A program made the translations under genes and the position numbers. A stretch of DNA of 63,383 bases, filler included, from Choristocarpus tenellus KU-1152 (lineage: Eukaryota > Protista > Phaeophyceae): NCBI GenBank assembly GCA_964200185.2. It is 13 parts of 13 records of this genome, joined end to end, with 100 filler letters (N's around TTAATTAATTAA, not from the genome) between each part and the next. Parts side by side here need not be neighbours in the genome. Positions count along the whole stretch, not along the records: positions 55,111 to 57,821 come from CAXNAD020025403.1; positions 57,922 to 60,668 come from CAXNAD020025091.1; positions 60,769 to 63,383 come from CAXNAD020026248.1; 10 more parts are not named here. One strand, written 5' to 3'. Positions 55,326 through 63,383 of the stretch are shown in pieces. Every line of letters starts with the position of its first letter. Position 1 is the stretch's first letter. Below the pieces are notes generated by a model. That model saw only the letters and a program-made list of their open reading frames with translations, was not told the DNA's origin and searched no databases.

Positions 55326-56151
55326 ATTGCAAAAGATAGAAAAACTGGCTTAAAATGCAAAATAGTAAAAAATAACTGAGTACCTCTAATTTACTTTGTC
55401 TCATTGGAAAAAGAGTAGCCACATGATAACTGTCTTAGAGTCACTTCTTAGTATAATACCATGCACAACATCATTTTAAGAACATAAACATAGCAAAATC
55501 ACAGGAACATACTACCAGAACGAACTTTCAGGTGAGAGCTTGATTGAATAATGTGTGTACATCAAATAGTCTTTGGCGGTGGTAACTCTTTTTCACAATT
55601 AACTTGCAATTCGTGAAAGAGTGGAAATGCTTGTTTTCTGTATGTGAGACTCGATGAATTTGTCCAACAATGTAGATCAATGACCACATATATGTTGCCT
55701 GGGCGGAATCAATCTCACAACTGAGAGTGACCCTGGGCATTGTTCACATAAACAGGATGTGATTGTCTTTTTCTCTCATATGGGTGACGAAGGAAAGGGG
55801 AGAGAAGAGAAGTGGCTTCAGGTGACTGGAGCGAGGAAATCGGGCAAAAAGGCTGAGGGTAGGAGAGTCATGCAGGTAAGTTTGGTGATGTCTTCTCCTT
55901 CAGGGAAACAAAAGTTTGACAACAGAAGTGCTCAAAAGGCACGCACATATATATATACTCTGGTAGTAGTTAGTAGTTTGAAATACAAATAAATTATTTG
56001 ACGGGCTTTCTCCAATAATTAGTAAAGCTGCGAGAAAGTCCATAATAATTGTCGGGAAAAGACTTGAGCATATACTACAAATCTCTCCCTATAATAATGT
56101 GCTGTTTCCCATTCACACCAAACGAAAACAGTGGATTGCTGTATATCTCAC

Positions 56152-57294
56152 CTGCATGGGGATTGGAAAATTCTCTCTCGACATCTCAGAGGCCAGGGAC
56201 AACTTGGCCTCCTCTCCACTGACGCTATCATCCGCTATATCTTCTTCCTCAGGGATACGGTAGATAACATCACTGACAGCGCGTGTGACATACCGCTCAA
56301 GATTGCTCTGCAGCTTCCTTTCAAAGTACATTCGCTCCTGCTTGCGGGCATCGATCTTGTTGAGGCCCAACCGTTTTAATTTACCCGTTCCACTCTTATT
56401 GAACTTTGGTGTCAAATTCGATGCTTCCGAAATTCCACATTCATGCTCGAACCGAAATTCAAGCTTACGTCCGGCATCCGTCGTCGGGGCATGGCGGAAG
56501 GTCAGACGAGCAGGATCTACAATATGGTCATTATCCCCATCTACCGGGTTCGTGGGCTGGCTGAAAATGCAGGGCGTGGGCCGCTTGCTCTTGTCATACC
56601 TAAGCGCGGCGCTTCCATCCTCCTCAGCACCTGTTCCTGTTGATGTCATTTTCTTGGTTAGGGAAGACCGAAACTCCGTGGCCTCGTCAAGGTCTGATTT
56701 GCATGCTTCATAGCGATTGATGACGATAGCGTTGAGACTTGTGAGGCGATCGCTGAGCATATCCACCATTTGCAGAACACTGCGCTCTTTCTGCGCAAGC
56801 TTTATATTTGTGCTGCTGGTATCTTGCTCCATTCTATACCCCACATCGTCATCACTATCGTCATCCAGGATGAGATCTGAATCTTCGTCCAGTCGGTGCA
56901 TTCGCAAGTCCTCGATATTGATATCTTCCGCATCGACATCAATACCTGCCTTCGCAATTAGCTCGTCATAATTCGCAGATGCTTGAACTATCGAGTATCG
57001 CATGCCAGGTGGTAGCGTAGACGTTGCATATGACGTCATTATTTCCCCTAACATACTGGTGGGGGTCTTGTGGGAACCATCGAGTATCGATTTGGGTCCA
57101 ATCCTCGATGCCAATGCTGGAGCTAACCCACCGTCTCCTTCTTTGGCGTCCAACTGCTTGATCACACTCAGTCTATGAACCAACTTGTTTCCGATCTTGC
57201 GCAGGGATGTATGGGAGAACCCTGAAGATTCGTTATTAGTTGATGTCGAGGGCTCTGGGGTACCACCAAGAGGCACCGAAGAAGCTGCTGTCAT
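56152..57294 (-). CDS. Large first exon (~381 aa) of an unknown protein, Ser/Asp-rich with a likely coiled coil
   Basis: Uninterrupted ORF from ATG 57294 to a CAG|GTGAGA donor at 56151. No family recognised. Confidence 0.75.
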
Positions 57295-57795
57295 CTTGAT
57301 TGTTATAACGATCTGTGTTAAGGTCCTTCGCACTACAACATGTCAACCCAACACACGACGTTACTTTCGACTGCAAGACCATTCCACTGGACATAACACC
57401 ATAGGTGATAGGAGGGTCAGGGAAGCACCAAATGCGTTGGGTGTATCCCTGTGAATGTCATTCTTTATTGTGGGAAGTCACGCCAAATGGGTATCTTTAC
57501 ATAATATTGGACGGCAGTGGAGTTGTACGTTTCGGCGGTTTCGCTATGAAAATTCCAATGATTGATCTTCATGGATTGATATCCTTACTTACAAGTGTGT
57601 GAAGTCGTAGCTCACACAGAGCATGACCCAAAAGCTTCACATTGACCCAAGACATTACCAATCGCATGGCTTTGGCTTTGCCCGTTCTCAATCCCCGAAT
57701 ATGACTACAAGACTGACAGCACCCTTCATCGAGCAGAGAAGTGCGTACCCTCTTCGTTCCCCAGGTGTAGACGGAGTGTATGTGAGTTGGGAGTA

Positions 57796-57821
57796 GACCC
57801 AAAGTATCTGAGAGGGGGGGG
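57796..57821 (+). mobile_element. MITE family A terminus at contig end
   Basis: GACCCAAAGTATCTGAGAGGGGGGGG. Confidence 0.8.
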
Positions 57822-57921
57822 NNNNNNNNNNNNNNNNNNNNNNNNNNNNNNNNNNNNNNNNNNNNTTAATTAATTAANNNNNNNNNNNNNNNNNNNNNNN
57901 NNNNNNNNNNNNNNNNNNNNN

Positions 57922-58260
57922 ACCGTCACGGGTTCGTGACGGCGAAGACAGGGGTTAAGGCCAAACCCATGATTGTTGACGATTATTGCTACGTCCACCG
58001 CGCTATCCTCAAGGGGTACAATGATCGGGGCGAGATCACAAGGCGCACGTTGCAAATGGAGGATATAAATATCCTCATCAAGAGAAAGGCCGTATTCCTT
58101 TGCGGTGTGGAAGCAGAGGAGTGGAGCGACCGATATTCGTCGCCTCATAACTTGTGGCACACTCTGACAGAAACGTTCCCCAGGCTACGGGGTTGGTGGA
58201 AGATGAAAGATGGACACCGTTTCCTAAGTTTCAACGAGATGATTGAGAAGAAAATCCAAA
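57922..58260 (+). CDS. Exon of an unknown protein, 5'-truncated
   Basis: Open from contig start, protein-like composition, ends at a GTAAGA donor at 58261. Confidence 0.45.
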
Positions 58261-59669
58261 GTAAGAACTAGAGTAGTAGAGTATCAACCGTTGTTGATTA
58301 TTTCAACGATTGATTAGCGAAAGAACCTCAAAACTGGTCTTCGTAGATGAGTATCGAACATGTGCACTTGTTGGATACCTCTGTCAGTAGTTTGGACCGT
58401 GTCCATGTCCTTAACATTTTTTGGTAACAGTGTTGCTGGGTTAGGAGACTGTGATGCGTTATCGCGAATTACCTTCCTTAGATATTGTTGCTACCCCTAG
58501 GTACAAGATACGGCCTACACTCCTAAGGAGTGACTGCCAATGCGGGCTTGATTGTTTTTCAGATCTTGAGAGAGACCATGTTACCTTCGCGGAAGCATAA
58601 TACTTCCCTTTTCCTAGAGTAACAGTTCAACCTCTCTTGGTCGATAAATTACATGCGTTTCGAGTGTGTGTAAAATGCAGTTGCTGTGTGTTAGATCGAG
58701 TTTCAAATATTTTGCTGGACTGGGGGCATGGATGTGTGTTATGGTTTATAGTTTCACCATTGCGTTTTAAGTCAACTGCAAACTTTAACACCCGACATCT
58801 ATTCCACGTTCACATGTTCCATGACCGGTAATGTAGTGTATAACTTACATTATATTGAGGTATTGAGCCAAAATTGATTCTTTATGATGTTTTGCATGTG
58901 TCTTCTGCAACAGTTCAGCCTCTCTTGATCACGACAAGCGCTTCCTCACATGTTCAAGGCCTCACGAGTTGTTCTCGCCTATGTACTTCAGAGTTGGACA
59001 GTTTCCAACGAAAGCCTTCGGTTTGTATCGAGTCAATGAAATGGAAAATGTTTTCAGGTGTCACCTACACGTGCAGATCTCCATGTACGTGGTGTCCACC
59101 AAGGTAATATTTTCACCATCCTAGACAAAGCCGTCTCGAAAAGTGGTTTTCGATAAATGTTTCAAAGGTGAACTTAGGAACACCTCGAATTTCCAAAGGC
59201 TAATTGTTTTATGCTACATTATCTAATGCTACACTCGTTAAAATATCCCACTCAGCCTGTGCTTTTTCAACGCACTTCGTTTAACAAGATCAGAGCAAAG
59301 GAGTGCATCTCCTTCTCATCTAAATCTCCCACTTCCGCGTACGTTTGCCCTGCATTGAGTCTGTTACATATAAGAAACATTTCGACACGTACACGACATG
59401 TGCAATTGGCCATTTATATGATGTCCACTATGGTGAAAATGCATCCTATCTCATGTAAAACCATGTTCAAAAGTTACGCACTGTGGCAAATACTTCAAAA
59501 GGGTAATCATATGTACACCTCCATTTTCTTGAGGCTAACAGCTTTTTTAAACGCTATCTAATGCCACATGTATTAACATACGCAACCATAGATCTTTGTT
59601 TTTTCACGCGCTACACTCGATAGGATCAGAGGCAAGGATTGCCATCCACTTACACTTAACCCCCCGCCT

Positions 59670-60155
59670 CCGTGCACATTCTTCCTCCATACTTGTCCAT
59701 CACCTACTGCCATCCTCCAAGTAACCCGACCCTACCCTCACGAACTGACCAAACGTTGACATGAATTTTTTATGGAAATACAACTTTGTCATACTCCACC
59801 TGTATTTGCACAATACCCGTTTATTTACTCTCATCTCTTTCTTTATATGCACCAGTACAATGGATACAGGATAAACGACTCCGGTTCAATGTTGGGACCA
59901 TCCCCTTATTCCTTGTGTCTTGTTCTTACTGTGTTTCTGCCTCACTTAGTTCAAACACACAACATTTAAGTTGTTCCATCCCAAGTTAACCGCTAAATTA
60001 CGATGAAATCTCAATGAGAGAAACGGTTCATTGTCACACCACACCCCACCAGAGTGCAACAAATATGCTTAGATCATTCTTACCGAGGAATCCACCCCAT
60101 CTGTTCGCATCTTCTCAAGGCATTTGTCATCTCATCGCACATAGTAGGTCGCAAT
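59670..60155 (-). pseudogene. Highly decayed RTE-like LINE 3' relic
   Basis: Minus-strand WRMAVGDGQVWRKNVHGG resembles the RTE terminal W...A.DR..WR..V..G; weaker upstream echoes of LLYG.E.W. Confidence 0.35.
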
Positions 60156-60627
60156 AACTAATACACTTGCACATACTTCGCCATCAACCTAGAATGATAA
60201 TGCCATCCTCTCCCCCAAAAGGAAGAGGATGTTACTCCTGGTAATATCTCATAATCCTATTTTTTCTATGCGCCACTAAGGACTCCGCTCGCTCTTTGCT
60301 TGGTTGTCCTCGCACGGCGACACGCGCATTCTTGCTGCGTTTGTGCTTTCAACGTTATCCTGCTTGACAAAAATTGTCTTCCATCAAAACTCTAAAAATT
60401 TGTCGCCAATTCCAAAATTAAACGCAATTCATCAAACAGGCATATCGTCGTCGCATGTCCAAAACCACAATAAATGGGGACACTAGCAATTCACCACGAT
60501 TGATATATGATGACAAAACCAAAAAGAAGCAACTTCTCAAAGGTGCCCCTGTGAATCGAAGGTTCATCACACTCGCCAACTAAGACTCTTTTCCATAATT
60601 ACATTACAAATCGTCACATCGGATCTG

Positions 60628-60668
60628 AGACCCCATTTAGATGGGGCCGTACTCTCTCAGATACTTTG
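60628..60668. mobile_element. MITE-type terminus at contig end
   Basis: ..CTCTCTCAGATACTTTG, the shared TIR core, truncated by the linker. Confidence 0.55.
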
Positions 60669-60820
60669 NNNNNNNNNNNNNNNNNNNNNNNNNNNNNNNN
60701 NNNNNNNNNNNNTTAATTAATTAANNNNNNNNNNNNNNNNNNNNNNNNNNNNNNNNNNNNNNNNNNNNCCCCGCCCCTGCCCCTGATTTTTTTTTTGCTG
60801 ACATGGGTGTTCTGTCGAAG

Positions 60821-60917
60821 GGTGATCCAAAAGGCTCATAAAAAGGCGTCTTGGCCAAGCCTGCAATGGAGCTCTGACGAGCTCATCGCAGCAAGGAGTC
60901 AGGACAATGATATTCAG
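60821..60917 (+). CDS. EIF2A: Internal exon of translation initiation factor eIF2A (beta-propeller)
   Basis: An AG/GT-bounded 97-nt exon encodes VIQKAHKKASWPSLQWSSDELIAARSQDNDIQ, matching the eIF2A pattern QK....W...WS.DE...AR...NE. Only one exon found; not in the ORF track. Confidence 0.65.
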
Positions 60918-62978
60918 GTGTGCTGCCAAAAGTGGGAGGGAAGGAAATAATTTTTTGGTACCAATATTACTATTATAATATTAATATAATATTATTATTT
61001 TTATTACTGTTGTGATTATTTTTATTATTATTACAGTTTTGACGTTCGCTACGGGGTGTTGTGCACAAAGCACGGAGCTGGAGTTTGTGTGTAGGAGGTG
61101 CAATTGTACCTTTTTGATTTCTTAACTTTTTTTTTATGATGTGCACCATGCCTTGATGATCTAAGGGGTTTCCATGACCCACTGCGTGAATTGGTGGAGG
61201 CAGCGACGTCTCCTCCTTAGCACCACAATATTTTCACACATCCAATATATTATACATACCTACATACATACATATAAGTACGTGCATATGTTGATATATT
61301 TTGAGTGAATACTTCCTACCATTGTTGATGTTAAAAAAAATAAATCGGATGGTAGTTCTACTGTCGGTTGTTGTCATTAATGCCTCCCTTACCAAAAAAA
61401 AAATCTAAGTCAGACCGATACTGTCATGTAGGATGTGAAAATCGTATTTGTATATTTTGTTTTTTCAGTTCACCCAATCAAGTGCAGGAGAACCGATGGG
61501 GTGTTGTTAGTACCAATACTCTGGTAGGCGCTGCTCCTCTGATTTTGATCCCTACTGAGTGCATCTCACCCCCTTTTGGGGGCTGTTTTCCCTGACGTGT
61601 TTGGTAGCATTTTTTCATATCCTGAGTGAGCTCATAGATAACTCTGGTGTATTCAATAAATAAATAAAATACTTGTTGATGTCTTTTTGAGTCCCCCCCT
61701 CCCTTCAATCCCTCTCAATAGATATATCATGGACAGCATCTGGACAAGGGAGTGATTGCTCGGGTCTCATGCCCCAAGTTGGGAGCCTTTAGTCTTGGAC
61801 CTGGGGGAGCTCCTTACAGGTGAATGTGATAGCTGGAAGAGGTTTTGATATGATATTGGACTGGCGGGGGGCATTGAGTTGGGTCGGGGTGAGTTTGGAT
61901 ATTTTTTGAATATTTTGTTGAATTGTTTGACAGTTGAACCGACAGGATCATCGTCACTATCATTTCCACTATCATACAATATTTTATTTTTTGAATGGGA
62001 TAGAACGTGCGACTGGCGTTTTTTTTTTTTTTAAAGAGGAAATTTGTTTTAAATTTTCTTCAATGTTTAATGTATTCAGTGTGGTGTAAGCGTGAAATGT
62101 GTTGATGATGTTTTTTGATGCTATTTTTCTCTGTTTTTTTTGCAATTGTCCCTCATGACATGTGCAATTGGATTAAATTTAATTGCTTTTTATTTTTGGG
62201 CCTTCTTTTGAGAACTTTCAAACATACAATTCTCAACATTTATTTTTGTACAAAAAATAAAATCCCGGCTGTTTGAAGAAGAATAAATGTGCTCAAATGG
62301 TGTAACAGAGGTGAGGATAATAACTTGCAAAAAAAAATAGGATTAGTAAAAAGAAAAGAACAGAAACTACGTTGTTGTTTTTTTGAGGGTTCATTTTATT
62401 ATCAATCAAGAACCGGAATTCTGCCTTTGAATTTAATCGTAATCATGAAACGATACGTGTTGCCTCTATTGACAGTGGTAAGTAATGAGCGGTCACTATT
62501 GGAAAGGCACAGGCAAGATTTAAAAAATATATATATATATTTTAAAAAGGGTAGAAAACAGACGAATAATTATTTTACGCTGTACTTTTTTTCATGTTTC
62601 GATATATATATATATATATTTATTTATTTTTTAATAGTATTTTTCTCATTACCCGTTCGTTACACATTTTCAGATATTTTAGTATTTTATTTTAACCTCG
62701 GGTGATCGCACACTTTTTTCTTTCTTTCTTTTTGTTTGGGGGAGGGGAAGGGAGAGGAAGAGGAAGGACAATTTTTATTGTGGATTATGTGAGAGAGTGG
62801 TTGAGGCTTTTGCGTTGGTTTTCAGATCGAATTTAATATATTAAAAAAAAAAAAAGTGTTTAGGAATAGGAGAAAGGTTAAAAAAAAAAAACTTATCGGG
62901 CACGATGGGCGATAGAGCTGGTTATATACACTTACTTGCCCCCACCCCCTCCCCTGTGTGCGAAGCCAAGAAGGATCT

Positions 62979-63321
62979 AACGATGGAATGAAGTCTAAGA
63001 TTATTTTGTCGTTGTGAATAACGATGGAATGAAATCTAAGATTATTTTGTCGTTGTGAATAACGATGGAATGAAGTCTAAGATTATTTTGTCGTTGTGAA
63101 TAACGATGGAATGAAATCTAAGATTATTTTGTCGTTGTGAATAACGATGGAATGAAATCTAAGATTATTTTGTCGTTGTGAATAACGATGGAATGAAATC
63201 TAAGATTATTTTGTCGTTGTGAATAACAATGGAATGAAATCTAAGATTATTTTGTCGTTGTGAATAACAATGGAATGAAATCTAAGATTATTTTGTCGTT
63301 GTGAATAACAATGGAATGAAA
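62979..63321. repeat. 41-bp minisatellite, about 8.4 copies (AACGATGGAATGAAATCTAAGATTATTTTGTCGTTGTGAAT)
   Basis: Head-to-tail units with no spacers and only two variable positions. Confidence 0.97.
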
Positions 63322-63383
63322 CGACGCACACGTGAATAACCATTAGACCATCGGTCTGAACCAGAAATGGAGGGACTCTTTGG

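Noticed and set aside
62979-63321. 41-bp (also 27-bp and 14-bp) arrays as CRISPR
   Set aside because: Head-to-tail units with no unique spacers, no cas genes, and a eukaryotic context.

Overview
This window is not a continuous locus. It is 13 short eukaryotic contigs joined by 12 artificial 100-bp linkers (44 N + TTAATTAATTAA + 44 N). Spliceosomal introns, a hemA gene with a bipartite signal and transit peptide, and RTE relics resembling brown-algal elements point to an ochrophyte (brown alga or relative; inference). Genes rebuilt by hand with phase-consistent exons: an EF-hand protein, an AFG1/LACE1 ATPase (probable GC-AG intron) head-to-head with SLX1, plastid glutamyl-tRNA reductase, a ferric reductase/NOX-family protein, a TAF4-like gene, one eIF2A exon, tRNA-Thr(AGT) and several unknown exons. 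Mobile DNA includes a decayed LTR retrotransposon (440-bp LTR, tRNA-Gln primer site), RTE LINE relics and satellites. The most striking observation is a dense set of about 22 non-autonomous inverted-repeat elements in at least 3 families with different interiors but one end design: a terminal 14-mer (G[AG]NNNAAAGTATCT), a spacer, then a 10-mer GTCCATTTGG. In family B the 10-mer starts at position 31 on one end and 41 on the other, a one-helical-turn asymmetry reminiscent of the RAG 12/23 rule. Intact copies mostly have 3-bp target duplications. No cognate transposase is visible, and novelty cannot be established without database searches.
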